Shown: positions 1-10,595, numbered from the stretch's first letter. The stretch is 64,000 nucleotides of DNA from Bifidobacterium sp. (GCA_022649135.1 JALCNP010000006.1:31379-95378), one strand, 5' to 3'. The notes: generated by a model not told the origin, from the letters alone. A program made the numbers and translations.

Positions 1-99
1 GAGGGGGCGGTCTCCGGTGCTTGTTACGGGTACGTTAATCGCGGGAAGGCCAATGATGGTGGTCTCGCCTGCACTTGGAATCGGATCAGTCATAAGCAT
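1..99 (-). CDS. FHA-domain signalling protein (GarA/OdhI-like), first 33 codons only; continues past the window start
   Basis: The minus-strand ATG at 99 shares 1 nt with the TGA of the upstream DUF881 gene (TGATG). It reads MLMTDPIPSAGETTIIGLPAINVPVTSTGDRPL and stays open to position 1. The ETT motif and the position after pgsA-DUF881-DUF1290-DUF881 mirror the mycobacterial Rv1822-Rv1827 order. The fragment is too short for a firm family call. Confidence 0.4.
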   Translation of the reverse strand, partial: MLMTDPIPSAGETTIIGLPAINVPVTSTGDRPL

Positions 100-923
100 C
101 ATTCTACAGTCTTCGCATATGAATACTGCTCAACTTGTGCAATCTCGTTGATCTGGACGGAATTGGAGGACACGACGGACACCTGCGCCCCGAATTTCAC
201 CTTCAGTCGGGACCCCACCCCGCCCGCTATGTTCACCGCGTTCTGAAGATTCTGCGAATCGCCTATCGCCTTGACGGTGTAGGGGGCCTTGAGAAGGACG
301 CCGTCGCACAGAAGCCCGCCCTTCGCGTCGGCTATGTATGTGGAGGTGACCACGCGGACGCTGTTGATGGCCATGACCTCCACCCCGGCGTTTCGCAGCT
401 CCTCCAGCAGCTGGAACATGGTCGAGGCGTCCACCTTCTCCTTGGTTCCGCGCGTGACCCGTATGACGACCCCCTCCCCCACGGCGGGAAGACGACCGGA
501 AAGCAGACCGCTCGTATCCTCGTTCTGCTTGGCGATGCGCTTCGCCTCCTCCTGCTTGTTCGCAGCCTCCTGCAGCGATTTCAGCTGGCTGGACAGCTCG
601 GCCTTGCGCTGCTGAAGATTTTGCACCTGTGTGCTTGTCTCGGTGATGAGCCTGGTGAGCTCGTCCTCGCTCATCGTCTCGTATGTCGACGTCGTGTTGT
701 TCAGCTGAATGGCATAGCCGAACCCCAGCATCGCGCAGAGCACGACGATGAGAATGCTGCTGGCAACATGCCCGCGCACCTCATTCGTTACGCCACGGCG
801 CCGGGGGCGGCGTCTGACGATGGGGAAAGACCCCGTATCCATGCGGTCGTTTTCCTTGTCGGCGGCATGCTGGCTGTGCATCTTGCTGAGAAGATCGTGC
901 TCTCTTTTTCCGCTCATCGGCAT
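99..923 (-). CDS. DUF881 domain-containing protein (division-cluster YlxW/YlxX-like)
   Basis: 274-aa ORF with an N-terminal TM segment, a coiled-coil (QNLQQRKAELSSQLKSLQEAANKQEE) and a C-terminal DUF881-like region. It is one of a pair flanking a small basic protein. Its start overlaps the upstream stop by 1 nt. Confidence 0.8.
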   Translation of the reverse strand: MPMSGKREHDLLSKMHSQHAADKENDRMDTGSFPIVRRRPRRRGVTNEVRGHVASSILIVVLCAMLGFGYAIQLNNTTSTYETMSEDELTRLITETSTQVQNLQQRKAELSSQLKSLQEAANKQEEAKRIAKQNEDTSGLLSGRLPAVGEGVVIRVTRGTKEKVDASTMFQLLEELRNAGVEVMAINSVRVVTSTYIADAKGGLLCDGVLLKAPYTVKAIGDSQNLQNAVNIAGGVGSRLKVKFGAQVSVVSSNSVQINEIAQVEQYSYAKTVE

Positions 924-1255
924 CAGCCCCGGAAGATGAATCGGCGAATCGCCGACACGTTGGAGAATATCCGGATTCCGAGAACCACGATCACTGCGGT
1001 CTGCAGCTGGGATCCCACGCCCAGCTGATTGCCCAGCAGAACCAGAAGGGTCGCCGTGACCACGTTCGACACGAAGGATATGACGAACACCTTGTCGGAG
1101 AAACTGCGCTCGAAATAGGAGCGGGCCGCGCCGAGAAGCGCGTCAAGCGCGGCGACGACCATAATCGGCAGATAGGGCTGCAGGACTATGGGGATGTCGG
1201 GACGAACGAATATGCCCACGACCACGCCTATGATCAATCCCAGTACCGCCGCCAT
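923..1255 (-). CDS. small basic family membrane protein (DUF1290)
   Basis: 110-aa hydrophobic ORF sandwiched between two DUF881 genes. It has 1-nt overlaps at both ends (TGATG at 923, TAATG at 1255). This arrangement is conserved in Gram-positives. Confidence 0.75.
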   Translation of the reverse strand: MAAVLGLIIGVVVGIFVRPDIPIVLQPYLPIMVVAALDALLGAARSYFERSFSDKVFVISFVSNVVTATLLVLLGNQLGVGSQLQTAVIVVLGIRIFSNVSAIRRFIFRG

Positions 1256-2238
1256 TAGTCACTCCTCTTCGCATAGGTTACATCGCCGGACCCCGCCGCT
1301 TCAAGTGTAAGGGATGTCGCCTTTCTTACCTGAGGGAAGATTCCGGCCGATCTGAACGACTCGTACAGGCTTTTCTGGGTCCCGGATCCGACGTCCTGCG
1401 CCAATGAGGAGCTGTCGCCGATCACTTCGAAACTATAGGGGCTCTGGATCTGATTGACACCCACGAGAATCGTCTGACCCGCCGTTCTCACGGATGTCTG
1501 CACGCCGATGCGGTGGCCGTTGATGGATATCGCCTCGGCCCCCGACTGCCACAGCAGCGAAAGCAGCATCTGCAGATCGGAATCGGTGATGACCCTGATG
1601 TGCGTGCCCCCGGTCTCCCGTGGCAGCGACCCCGAGCCGGAGTCCGAGGTCGCGGAGAGGGGGTCGGCAAGGGTGAGGACTATCCCCGGCCCCGTCACCG
1701 ACAGCAGTCCGCTGGACATTTCGTCATGCACAAATGTGGAATCGGTGCCCACACTGCTGAGCTTCTTCGATTCACGATCCACGCTGCCGCGCAGTTGCGT
1801 GGTCTCCTTCGTCAGGGAATCGACCTGCTTGTTCTGCTGGACCAGCTCCTGTGCGAGACTGGCGCGGACCTCTTTTCGCGGGTCGGTGTGGAGCTGCTGG
1901 ACGAAAAGGGAGCCCGCGAATCCAACCCCGATGCATATGATGAACACGACGATGCGTATGGACCACGTAGAGAACGCCGAATGCGGCCGCTGGGTCAGTC
2001 GCGCATCCGAGAACAGCGGGTCGACGGGCCTGTTGGTCAGGTCGTCGATCAGGCGCAGCGAATCGTCGTCGATCTTTCGCCGCTTCGCTCTCGCGGAGTC
2101 CCCCTGCGGCTGCGAGGAGTCGGCATGGTGGGAATCAAGCCCGTGGATGGACCGGGAGAAGACCGCCCTGCGCCGCATGAGCGTGTAGTCCGATGAAACG
2201 GGGAACGACACCGGCTTCTGTGATGGGTTCGACGGCAT
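1255..2238 (-). CDS. DUF881 domain-containing protein
   Basis: 327-aa ORF with one TM segment (IRIVVFIICIGVGFAGSLFV), a coiled-coil and a DUF881-like C-terminus. It is a paralog of 99..923. Confidence 0.8.
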   Translation of the reverse strand: MPSNPSQKPVSFPVSSDYTLMRRRAVFSRSIHGLDSHHADSSQPQGDSARAKRRKIDDDSLRLIDDLTNRPVDPLFSDARLTQRPHSAFSTWSIRIVVFIICIGVGFAGSLFVQQLHTDPRKEVRASLAQELVQQNKQVDSLTKETTQLRGSVDRESKKLSSVGTDSTFVHDEMSSGLLSVTGPGIVLTLADPLSATSDSGSGSLPRETGGTHIRVITDSDLQMLLSLLWQSGAEAISINGHRIGVQTSVRTAGQTILVGVNQIQSPYSFEVIGDSSSLAQDVGSGTQKSLYESFRSAGIFPQVRKATSLTLEAAGSGDVTYAKRSD

Positions 2239-2247
2239 GACGGACGC

Positions 2248-2847
2248 TCATTTCCTCGGCCGAAGCAGCGTGTAGCCCTGCCAGGCATAGATGAAGCCCG
2301 CCAGCCAGTACAGGCAGATTCCCCAGATTCCCACCGAGATCGCGACGAGGTTCAGGGTCTGGGTGAACGAGTCATGCCAGATGTCGGCGAATATGAACAT
2401 GACGATCGCACTCATCAGCAGTGCCGTTCCCGCCTTGCCGACGAAATGGACGGGCAATGGGCCGTAGCTGTCCTGAGCCAGAAGAAGTATCAGAATGCCC
2501 AGCAGAAAATCCCTCAGCCCGACGACTATCAGCGCCCATAGGGGGATGATTCCCGCAAGCCCCAGCGCAAGACAGCTGCAGAAGATAAGGAGGCGGTCCG
2601 CGACGGGATCGAGGATCTGCCCCATCTTGCTCACCTGGTTGCATGCCCTGGCGATGAGCCCGTCAAGTCCGTCGGATATGGCGGACACCCCCAGAACCAC
2701 CAGCGCCGCGACCATGTGGTGGTGGATGACCAGAACCGTGATGAAGGGGATCGAAATGATTCTCAATGCGCTGATCAGATTGGGAACGGTAAAATATATG
2801 TCTCGAGGCTCAGGGCCGTACGTCGTCTCTCCCGTGTTGTTTTTCAT
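2248..2847 (-). CDS. pgsA: CDP-alcohol phosphatidyltransferase (PgsA-type phosphatidylglycerophosphate/cardiolipin synthase)
   Basis: Carries the CDP-alcohol transferase signature DGLDGLIARACNQVSKMGQILDPVADR and is a multi-TM protein of 199 aa. Confidence 0.88.
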   Translation of the reverse strand: MKNNTGETTYGPEPRDIYFTVPNLISALRIISIPFITVLVIHHHMVAALVVLGVSAISDGLDGLIARACNQVSKMGQILDPVADRLLIFCSCLALGLAGIIPLWALIVVGLRDFLLGILILLLAQDSYGPLPVHFVGKAGTALLMSAIVMFIFADIWHDSFTQTLNLVAISVGIWGICLYWLAGFIYAWQGYTLLRPRK

Positions 2848-2862
2848 ACCCGTGGCAAAATC

Positions 2863-3714
2863 TCAGATCCTTGACGCCTGCAGGGCGGTGACTATGATGC
2901 CGCGCGCACCCACATCGTAGAGTCTGTCCATGAGCGTGTTGACTTTCTCCCGCGGCACCATGACACGCACCGCCGACCACTGCTTGTCATGAAGCGGGGA
3001 GATCGTGGGGCTTTCGAACCCCGGAGTGACATCCACGGCCGCCGCAACCTTGGAAACGGGAATGTCGTAGTCCATCAGGACATAACGCTGCGCCGTCAGG
3101 ACGCCTTCGAGCCTGCGTTCGAGAACGGACAGGCGTTCGTCATCGGTCGCCACCCTCGGGGAGCGGATCAGTATGGCCTCGGAACGCAGGATCGGATCGG
3201 CGAAGACGTGCAGACCCGCATTGCGCAGCGTCGTTCCCGTCGAGACGACATCGGCGATCAGATCGGCGACCCCCAGCTGCACCGACGACTCCACCGCACC
3301 ATCCAGATGGATGATGTCGGCCGACACACCCCGATCGCGCAGGTAGTCTCCGACAAGCTTGTCATAGGAGCTTGCGACGCGCTTCCCGTCGATGTCGGGC
3401 AGAGATGTAATGGCAGACTCCCGCGGGGCCGCGAACCTGAATGTCGACCCGCCGAAACCCAGCGCCATGTGCTCCACGGCCTCGGTGCCCGAGTTGAGCA
3501 GCAGATCCCTGCCGGTGATGCCGATGTCTATGGTTCCCCTGCCGACATACACCGCGATGTCCAGCGGGCGCAGGTAGAACAGTTCGATGTCGTTGTCATG
3601 GTCCTCGACGACGAGTTGGCGCGGGTTGGTGCGCAGTCTGTAGCCGGCCTCGGCGAGAATATTCCATGCGGGCTCCGAAAGCATGCCCTTGTTGGGCACC
3701 GCGATTCTTAACAT
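2863..3714 (-). CDS. hisG: ATP phosphoribosyltransferase (long form)
   Basis: 283 aa. The N-terminus [25 protein letters not shown] is typical of HisG, and the gene sits next to hisE. Confidence 0.95.
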   Translation of the reverse strand: MLRIAVPNKGMLSEPAWNILAEAGYRLRTNPRQLVVEDHDNDIELFYLRPLDIAVYVGRGTIDIGITGRDLLLNSGTEAVEHMALGFGGSTFRFAAPRESAITSLPDIDGKRVASSYDKLVGDYLRDRGVSADIIHLDGAVESSVQLGVADLIADVVSTGTTLRNAGLHVFADPILRSEAILIRSPRVATDDERLSVLERRLEGVLTAQRYVLMDYDIPVSKVAAAVDVTPGFESPTISPLHDKQWSAVRVMVPREKVNTLMDRLYDVGARGIIVTALQASRI

Positions 3715-3761
3715 TGTTCCTCCTCAAAGCGAACCTTATCGCAGCCGAGTCACCGAGCTGA

Positions 3762-4037
3762 CTACAAATTCCTGTAGATGTCTTCCAGAGTAATGCCGCG
3801 ATCGATCATCATCACCTGAAGATGGTAGATCAGCTGGCTCATTTCCTCGGCGGTACGGTCGGCACCTTCGTATTCGGCGGCGATCCAGGTCTCGCCGGCC
3901 TCCTCCATTATCTTCTTGCCGATGAAATGCGTCCCCTTGTCCAGCTCCCCGACGGTAAGGGAGTCCTGCGGCCGGGACGCGGCCTTGTCGCTCAGCTCGG
4001 AGAACAACGATTCAAAAGTCTTCATGGTTGCCATCAC
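3762..4037 (-). CDS. hisE: phosphoribosyl-ATP pyrophosphatase
   Basis: 91 aa, MazG-like HisE ([18 protein letters not shown]). The track start is a GTG at 4037; an ATG at 4034 is equally possible. Confidence 0.9.
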   Translation of the reverse strand: MMATMKTFESLFSELSDKAASRPQDSLTVGELDKGTHFIGKKIMEEAGETWIAAEYEGADRTAEEMSQLIYHLQVMMIDRGITLEDIYRNL

Positions 4038-4046
4038 ACCTTCATG

Positions 4047-4721
4047 CTATGCCCGGTACGCGGACTGGGCCTGATTGCGAATATTGTCGATTGCCGCGGC
4101 CCGGTCCGATGCGCCGTAGACCGCCGATCCTGCGACGAGGACATCGGCTCCGGCCTGGGCGACAACAGGGGCCGTTGCGGGGCTCACGCCCCCGTCGACC
4201 TGGATATGGGTGGACAGGCCGCGCCGGGTTATCTCGTCACGCAGCCTTCTGACCTTCGCCATCTGGTTGGCGAGGAACTTCTGCCCGCCAAAGCCGGGCT
4301 CCACCGTCATGACCAGTATCATGTCGAATTCGTCGAGAATGTCGAATATGGGTTCGACCGGCTCGGCCGGACGCACGGCGAAGCACGCCCGGCATCCCAT
4401 GTCGCGAAGCTGACGGGCCAGGCGGACGGGCGCATGCGTCGCCCCCATATGGAAGCTCACGGAGGCGGCCCCCGCCTGCGCGTATCCCGGCGCCCACCGA
4501 TCCGGATCCTCGATCATCAGATGAACGTCGACAGGAAGGTCGGTCACCTCGCAGATTCTTTTGACGATCGGTTCGCCGAGGGTCAGGTTCGGAACAAAAT
4601 GATGGTCCATCACATCCACATGAACAAGATCCGCGCTCTCGATGGCCTTGAGGTCACGTTCGAGATTGCAGAAATCGGCAGACAGGATGCTCGGTGCGAT
4701 TTGTATGGTCATGGCTTTCAT
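4047..4721 (-). CDS. rpe: ribulose-phosphate 3-epimerase
   Basis: Family N-terminus [17 protein letters not shown]. The track ORF (to 4925) overlaps the lgt 3' end, so I trimmed it to the ATG at 4721. Confidence 0.93.
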   Translation of the reverse strand: MKAMTIQIAPSILSADFCNLERDLKAIESADLVHVDVMDHHFVPNLTLGEPIVKRICEVTDLPVDVHLMIEDPDRWAPGYAQAGAASVSFHMGATHAPVRLARQLRDMGCRACFAVRPAEPVEPIFDILDEFDMILVMTVEPGFGGQKFLANQMAKVRRLRDEITRRGLSTHIQVDGGVSPATAPVVAQAGADVLVAGSAVYGASDRAAAIDNIRNQAQSAYRA

Positions 4722-4767
4722 TCTATGAAGGGTGAACGACGAGGTGAATGAACCGAAGGGATGATTT

Positions 4768-5826
4768 CTAGGATTCGTGCCCGTCGCGAGAGTGTCCCGC
4801 AGGCTTCGCCCCGGGCACGTCGCCGCCGGACGTGGGCGCATCATGGCCGTCGTCCGATTCCGGGACGGCCGGAGAGGACGACGGATCATGGGAATCACGT
4901 CCCCGCCCGTCGACATGTCCCGCATCGTGGGCGTCCGCGCGCTCCTGCTCGTCGGAGGTCACCTCCGCCAGCCTGCGGGCGAGCACCGACGTCATCGACC
5001 CGAACCTCTGCACAAGGACGAAGGCCACGACACCGCAGATGAACACCCCCATGGAGACCCACACGTTGATGCGCACGCCGAGGAACTCATGGGCGAAATC
5101 GATGCGAAGAGCCTCTATCCAGGTGCGTCCGGCCGTATACCACATGATGTAGATGGTGAACAGGGAACCGGCCTTGAGAACCTGCATGGTTTTTCTCCCG
5201 ATCCACACAATCAGCAGCGCACCCAGAAGATCCCATATCATCTCGTAAAGAAAGGTCGGCTGAAACAGCGTGCCCACGGGGCATGTCGAACCGTCATAGC
5301 ATTGCTCGCCATGACCTATGGCCGCCCCCGCGGAATTGAGCTTCAGGCCCCACGGCAGCGTCGTGGGTCGTCCATACAGCTCCTGGTTGAACCAGTTTCC
5401 TATGCGTCCCACGGCCTGGGCCACCAGAAGCGCCGGTGCCAGGGCATCGGCAAGAAGGGCCATCGGATAGTGCTTGTGCCGACACCACGCCCATGCGGCA
5501 AGCGCCCCGAGGAACACGCCCCCCCAGATCCCCATCCCGCCTTTCCAGATGCGGAACATGTCGGTCCAGTTCCCCGTCGGGCCGAAGAAGCGCTCGGGCG
5601 TGGTTATCACGTGGTACAGCCGGGCCCCGATGATGCCGGCCGGAACCGAGCACAAGGTGATATCCAGAATCTGATCGAAGTTCCCACCCAGGCGCTTCCA
5701 GTGGGAACTGGCCATCCAGACCGCGAGAACGATTCCAGTGAGAATGCACAGCGCATAGAAGTGTATGGTCACCGGTCCGAGGGTGAACTCGGAAATCGTC
5801 GGTGACGGGATATAACTCAATGTCAT
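4768..5826 (-). CDS. lgt: prolipoprotein diacylglyceryl transferase, with an acidic His/Asp-rich C-terminal tail
   Basis: Contains [13 protein letters not shown] and a multi-TM Lgt core. It follows trpA as in other actinobacteria. Confidence 0.93.
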   Translation of the reverse strand: MTLSYIPSPTISEFTLGPVTIHFYALCILTGIVLAVWMASSHWKRLGGNFDQILDITLCSVPAGIIGARLYHVITTPERFFGPTGNWTDMFRIWKGGMGIWGGVFLGALAAWAWCRHKHYPMALLADALAPALLVAQAVGRIGNWFNQELYGRPTTLPWGLKLNSAGAAIGHGEQCYDGSTCPVGTLFQPTFLYEMIWDLLGALLIVWIGRKTMQVLKAGSLFTIYIMWYTAGRTWIEALRIDFAHEFLGVRINVWVSMGVFICGVVAFVLVQRFGSMTSVLARRLAEVTSDEQERADAHDAGHVDGRGRDSHDPSSSPAVPESDDGHDAPTSGGDVPGAKPAGHSRDGHES

Positions 5827-5892
5827 GTTTTCCTGATGATAGTCCGTACAGCAGATATTGTCACAGCCGGCCCGCGGACGGCCCGCCCCTCG

Positions 5893-6765
5893 TCAGGACC
5901 GCGCCCCGTGAATGCCTTCGGCAAGAGCTCGCGTGGTTTGCGACAGATCTCTCAGCCCCTCCACGGGATCCTTCGCGCGGCTTTTCGTATCGTCGAGCAG
6001 GGTATGCACGAGTGCCGATCCCACGATCACGCCATCCGCATACGTCCCGACCTTGGCGCCCTGCTCCGGGGTGGACACCCCGATCCCGACGCATACGTTC
6101 CGAGCCCCCGCCTGCCGGGTTCGCTCGACCAGAAGCTCCGGTGAGGCCGAGATCGTCGACCTTTCGCCGGTGACTCCCATCCTGGATGCGGCATAGACGA
6201 AACCCCGGGAGTGGGCGGATACCGTTGCCAGACGCGCGCCGCTGGAATCGGGCGAGACGAGGAAGATGCGGTCCAGACCGTGTCTGTCGGACGCCTCGAT
6301 CCATTCCCCGGCCTCATCGGGAATCAGATCGGGGGTGATGATTCCGGCACCCCCCGCATTCTCGAAATCTCGTGCGAAACGCTCGACCCCGTAGTGGAAG
6401 ATGAGATTCCAATAGCTCATGATCAGGGGGATCCCTCCCGCTCTGGCGACTGTCTCCACCGCGCGGAAGACGCCGGCGATGCGCTCGCCGTTGTCCAACG
6501 CGATCTGCGAGGCCGCCTGGATGACCGGGCCGTCCATGACCGGATCGGAATAGGGAAGCCCGATCTCCACGGCGTCGGCGCCGCTGCTGACCATGGCGTC
6601 CAGGGCTCGCAGCGAGACATCGGGGTTGGGGAAGCCGTAGGGAAGGTATCCGATGAAGGCGGGGGTGTTCCGTGCCTTGAAGGATTCGAACATGGCCTCC
6701 GTCGGGCTCGGTCTGTGGCTGATCCCCAAGGGCTGTTCCGGGGTTGTTGAATTCATGGTGTTCAT
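5893..6765 (-). CDS. trpA: tryptophan synthase alpha chain
   Basis: Contains GADAVEIGLPYSDPVMDGPVIQ. The track start at 6789 overlaps trpB by 17 nt. The ATG at 6765 is preceded by GGAGAG and lies just after the trpCB stop. Either start is possible. Confidence 0.9.
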   Translation of the reverse strand: MNTMNSTTPEQPLGISHRPSPTEAMFESFKARNTPAFIGYLPYGFPNPDVSLRALDAMVSSGADAVEIGLPYSDPVMDGPVIQAASQIALDNGERIAGVFRAVETVARAGGIPLIMSYWNLIFHYGVERFARDFENAGGAGIITPDLIPDEAGEWIEASDRHGLDRIFLVSPDSSGARLATVSAHSRGFVYAASRMGVTGERSTISASPELLVERTRQAGARNVCVGIGVSTPEQGAKVGTYADGVIVGSALVHTLLDDTKSRAKDPVEGLRDLSQTTRALAEGIHGARS

Positions 6766-6772
6766 CGTATAA

Positions 6773-8866
6773 TCACTCTCCGTCCACACTGGTTCCGTGC
6801 GCGCCGTTCGCCTCCAGCGCCCTGCTCTGTTCGTCGGTGAGATACCCGAACCATTTCCCCGCCGTGGCCACGTCCTTGTCGCCGCGGCCCGAGATGTTCA
6901 CGATCATCACGGGGTGCTCGTACCCCTTCGCCTTCAGGTCGGCGGCGGCCTTGTATGCACCGGCCACGGCATGCGAGCTTTCGATGGCCGGGATGATTCC
7001 CTCGGTTTCGCACAGATCCTTGAAACCGCTCATGGCCTCCTCGTCGGTGGCCCACGAGTAGTTCACACGGCCGATCTCCTTGAGCCACGCGTGCTCGGGC
7101 CCGACCGACGCGTAGTCCAGTCCCGCGGAAATGGAGTAGGTGTCCAGCGTCTGTCCCTCGGACGTCTCCAACAGATACGACTTCGCACCCTGGAACACGC
7201 CCAGCTGACCCGTTCCCGGCGCGAAGCGAATCGCATGGTGTCCTGATTGCGGACCATGGCCGCCCGCCTCATAGCCGTAGAGGTTCACCCTGTCGTCATC
7301 AAGGAAGGCGTTCATGATTCCTATGGCGTTGGAGCCCCCGCCCACACAGGCGCATATGGCGTCGGGATGGTCGATCCCGTATTCGGTGCGCAGCTGTTCC
7401 TTCGCCTCCTCGCCGATGATCTTCTGAAAATCTCGGACCATGGTCGGGAAGGGGTGGGGTCCCGCGACGGTTCCCAGAAGATAATGGGTGTTCTCCACGT
7501 TCGTCACCCAATCACGCAGGGCCTCGTTGATCGCATCCTTGAGGATTCTGGTTCCCAGGGTGACCTCCACCACTTCGGCGCCGAGCAGCCTCATGCGGGC
7601 GACGTTGAGGGCCTGGCGGCGGGCGTCGATCTGGCCCATGTAGATCCGGCATCTGAGCCCGAGAAGCGCGCACACCGTGGCGGTCGCCACCCCATGCTGG
7701 CCCGCCCCGGTCTCCGCGATGACGCGCGTCTTGCCCATGCGCTTGACGAGAAGCGCCTGACCCAGTGCATTGTTGATCTTATGGGCGCCCGTGTGGTTGA
7801 GATCCTCACGTTTGAGGAAGACACGGGCGTCGAGGCCAACCTTCTCATTGAGGCGACGGGCGAAACGCGGCGCCTCGGTAAGCGGCGAGGGACGGCCCAC
7901 ATACTGCTTGTTGAGCCTGGCGAATTCCTTTCCGAACTCGGGGTCGCCCTTTGCCTCGGTGTACACCCGCTCCAGCTCGTCCAACGCCCCGACCAGAGCC
8001 TCGGGAATGTAGCGGCCACCGAACCGGCCGAAATAGGGGCCCTGATGGGTGCTTAGCGGGGTCTTCTCCGATTCCTTCACTCTTTTTCCTGCTTTCACTA
8101 GTCTCGAAACCGCATGCTCATGGTCGTCCGCCGTCGCCACACCCTCTCCGACGAGAACGGCGTCGGCGCCCGCACGGGCATATTCCTCCAGCTCCACACT
8201 GCCGAAAACGCCCGATTCCGCAACGCGCACGACGTCATCGGGCAGGTCCCTGGCGAGATCGGAATAGGTGCCCACATCAACATGAAGGGTCTTGAGATTC
8301 CTCGCATTGATGCCGATGACCTTCGCACCCGCATGAATCGCACGCCGTATCTCCTCCCGGGTGTGGGTCTCGACGAGCACCGTCATTCCCAGACGGCGGG
8401 ACAGGGCGAGAAGGGCGGAAAGGCGATCGTCGTCGAGAGCCGCCACGATGAGCAGAACCATATCCGCCCCGTGGGCCCTCGCCTCCCAGATCTGATACTC
8501 GGTGACGATGAAGTCCTTGCGCAGCACAGGTATATGGACCGCGGCACGAACCTTGTCAAGGTCATCAAGGGACCCCAGAAAACGACGCCCCTCCGTGAGC
8601 ACCGAAATCGCGCTCGCTCCCCCGCGCTCATATTCACGCGCCAGCGCCGCGGGATCGGGAATGTCCCCGAGCCTGCCCTTCGAGGGGGATGCCCGCTTGA
8701 TCTCGGAGATGATGGGAATGCCATCCTCTCGGCGAAGCCATCGCAGGGCGTCGATCGGCCGCGCCGCCTTGGCGGCCATGACCTTGAGATCGGCGAGCGA
8801 CAGGGAACGCTCCCTCGACCGCTGATCGTCGAGCGCTCCCTCAACCAGTTCATCAAGTACCGACAT
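6773..8866 (-). CDS. trpCB: fused indole-3-glycerol-phosphate synthase / tryptophan synthase beta chain
   Basis: Single 697-aa ORF. The N-terminal ~260 aa are IGPS ([19 protein letters not shown]). The C-terminal ~400 aa are TrpB ([29 protein letters not shown]). Confidence 0.92.
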   Translation of the reverse strand: MSVLDELVEGALDDQRSRERSLSLADLKVMAAKAARPIDALRWLRREDGIPIISEIKRASPSKGRLGDIPDPAALAREYERGGASAISVLTEGRRFLGSLDDLDKVRAAVHIPVLRKDFIVTEYQIWEARAHGADMVLLIVAALDDDRLSALLALSRRLGMTVLVETHTREEIRRAIHAGAKVIGINARNLKTLHVDVGTYSDLARDLPDDVVRVAESGVFGSVELEEYARAGADAVLVGEGVATADDHEHAVSRLVKAGKRVKESEKTPLSTHQGPYFGRFGGRYIPEALVGALDELERVYTEAKGDPEFGKEFARLNKQYVGRPSPLTEAPRFARRLNEKVGLDARVFLKREDLNHTGAHKINNALGQALLVKRMGKTRVIAETGAGQHGVATATVCALLGLRCRIYMGQIDARRQALNVARMRLLGAEVVEVTLGTRILKDAINEALRDWVTNVENTHYLLGTVAGPHPFPTMVRDFQKIIGEEAKEQLRTEYGIDHPDAICACVGGGSNAIGIMNAFLDDDRVNLYGYEAGGHGPQSGHHAIRFAPGTGQLGVFQGAKSYLLETSEGQTLDTYSISAGLDYASVGPEHAWLKEIGRVNYSWATDEEAMSGFKDLCETEGIIPAIESSHAVAGAYKAAADLKAKGYEHPVMIVNISGRGDKDVATAGKWFGYLTDEQSRALEANGAHGTSVDGE

Positions 8867-9008
8867 ACGTGCCTCCAGATTTCATGCCGAAAGCCACTGT
8901 AGTAGGCGAAATCGCCACCCATGGTTCCGCGTCTTGCCATTCGGGCCGGCGGATGCCCGGTTGTTGCCCACCATCTCGCGCACGGCTTCCCGTGCTTCCG
9001 CCATAATC

Positions 9009-9035
9009 ATGCGGGCACCGCCACGGCGCCCGCAT
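9009..9035 (-). terminator. hairpin 3 nt after the trpE stop (candidate terminator/attenuator before trpCB)
   Basis: Perfect 8-bp stem ATGCGGGC/GCCCGCAT with an 11-nt loop. No U-tract follows. Confidence 0.35.
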
Positions 9036-9038
9036 CCA

Positions 9039-10595
9039 TTACAGGACACGCAGCTGGGCCGCGATCTGAACCGCCTCGACGCTTGCTTCCGCCTTGTTTC
9101 GCGTTTCCTGCCATTCATCGGCCGGAACGGAGTCCAGCACTATTCCCGCACCCGCCTGCACCGACGCCTCGTGGTCACGCAGGAATGCCGTCCGGATGGA
9201 GATCGCCATGTCCATGTTGCCCGAGAAATCGAAATACCCCACCGTTCCGCCATAGATCCCCCGGTCGGCCGGCTCGAGCTCATCGATGATCTCGATGGCG
9301 CGCGGCTTCGGCGCGCCCGACAGTGTTCCCGCGGGAAACGCCGACGTGAAGACGTCGAACACGGTTTTATCGGGACTCACCTGTCCCGTGACCGTCGAAC
9401 AGATATGCATGATGTGGCTGAAGCGTTTGATCTCCATCAGCGACACCACCTCGACCGTCTCCGGAAGGCACACCCTGCTGAGATCGTTGCGGGACAAGTC
9501 AACCAGCATGATGTGCTCGCTGCGCTCCTTGGGATCGGCAAGAAGCTCCTTCGCCAGACGCTCGTCCTCCTCCGGGGTCTTTCCGCGCGGCCGGGAACCG
9601 GCGATGGGGAAAGTCACGGCATGCCCGTCATCCACCTTGATCAGGGTTTCCGGGCTTGATCCGATGACGTTGAAATCCCGGCCCCGGGCGTCGGTAAGGG
9701 CAAAGAAATACATGTACGGGCTGGGATTGAGGGTTCGCAGCACCCGATACACGTCAAATGGATCAGCGGGGGAATCCACCTCGAGACGTTGCGAGACCAC
9801 CACTTGGAACGCGTCTCCGTCGACTATGTGGCGCTTGGCCTTTTCGACTGCGCTCTCATACTCGGAGCGTGGGGAGCGCAAGCGCAGCTGCGGCCGATCC
9901 ACGCTCGGATCAATGACGTTGATCCGAGACTCCCCGGCGACCGGCGTCGCCGCATCGTGCTGCATGGCGGCGAGCCGGGCGACGGCCTCGTCATATGCGG
10001 CATCGGCCCTCGTCGGTCTGTCGTCGACGTTGACGGCGTTGGCTATGAGCCACACCGATCCGCTGGCATGGTCCACGACGGCGATATCGGTCGCCATGGC
10101 GAGCACCAGCTCCGGCTGCCCGGTCTCATCCGGAGCCCGATGAGGCAAAGTCGGCTCCCAGTGACGTATGGAGTCCCATCCGATTGTGCCCACCAGCCCG
10201 CTGGTCAGATTCGGCAGCCCCTCGACGTGGGGTGCCTTGAGAACCTTCAAGGCGGCGTGGGCCACCGCGATCACGTCCCCGTCCCGGGGCACGCCGGCGG
10301 GGACCATGCCCAGCCAGTTCGCCCGGCCATGGTCCGAGCGCAGCTGCGCCATGGAGTTGACGCCTATGAAACTGTATCGGCTCCACGACCCCCCGAACTC
10401 CGCCGACTCAAGGATGAAGGTGCCGCTTCTTCCACCGGAAAGACGCTCATAGAATCCCACCGGGGTCAGGGAGTCGGCGAGGAGGCGACGGACTATGGGA
10501 ATCACTCGGTACCCCTCGTCGGCGAGCTCGTGGAACGTTTCCCGACGTGGCCATGTCTCACCCCACCGCATGGAGGTGACGCTGCATTCGACCAT
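9039..10595 (-). CDS. trpE: anthranilate synthase component I
   Basis: Chorismate-binding enzyme (GTLSGAPKPRAIEII, IYGGTVGYFDF). I trimmed to the ATG at 10595, which overlaps the hisI TGA by 1 nt (TGATG). The track extension is Arg-rich. Confidence 0.92.
   Translation of the reverse strand: MVECSVTSMRWGETWPRRETFHELADEGYRVIPIVRRLLADSLTPVGFYERLSGGRSGTFILESAEFGGSWSRYSFIGVNSMAQLRSDHGRANWLGMVPAGVPRDGDVIAVAHAALKVLKAPHVEGLPNLTSGLVGTIGWDSIRHWEPTLPHRAPDETGQPELVLAMATDIAVVDHASGSVWLIANAVNVDDRPTRADAAYDEAVARLAAMQHDAATPVAGESRINVIDPSVDRPQLRLRSPRSEYESAVEKAKRHIVDGDAFQVVVSQRLEVDSPADPFDVYRVLRTLNPSPYMYFFALTDARGRDFNVIGSSPETLIKVDDGHAVTFPIAGSRPRGKTPEEDERLAKELLADPKERSEHIMLVDLSRNDLSRVCLPETVEVVSLMEIKRFSHIMHICSTVTGQVSPDKTVFDVFTSAFPAGTLSGAPKPRAIEIIDELEPADRGIYGGTVGYFDFSGNMDMAISIRTAFLRDHEASVQAGAGIVLDSVPADEWQETRNKAEASVEAVQIAAQLRVL

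Noticed and set aside
4722-4925. Long N-terminal extensions offered by the ORF track for rpe, trpE, pyrH, tsf, rpsB, rimI, tsaB, comEC, corA, the DUF218 gene, the SRAP gene, GH13, rsfS, prs, thrC and the mannanase.
   Set aside because: The extensions overlap upstream genes or terminator hairpins, are Arg/Pro-rich, and precede the conserved family N-termini. Internal starts with an SD or a stop/start overlap explain the data better.
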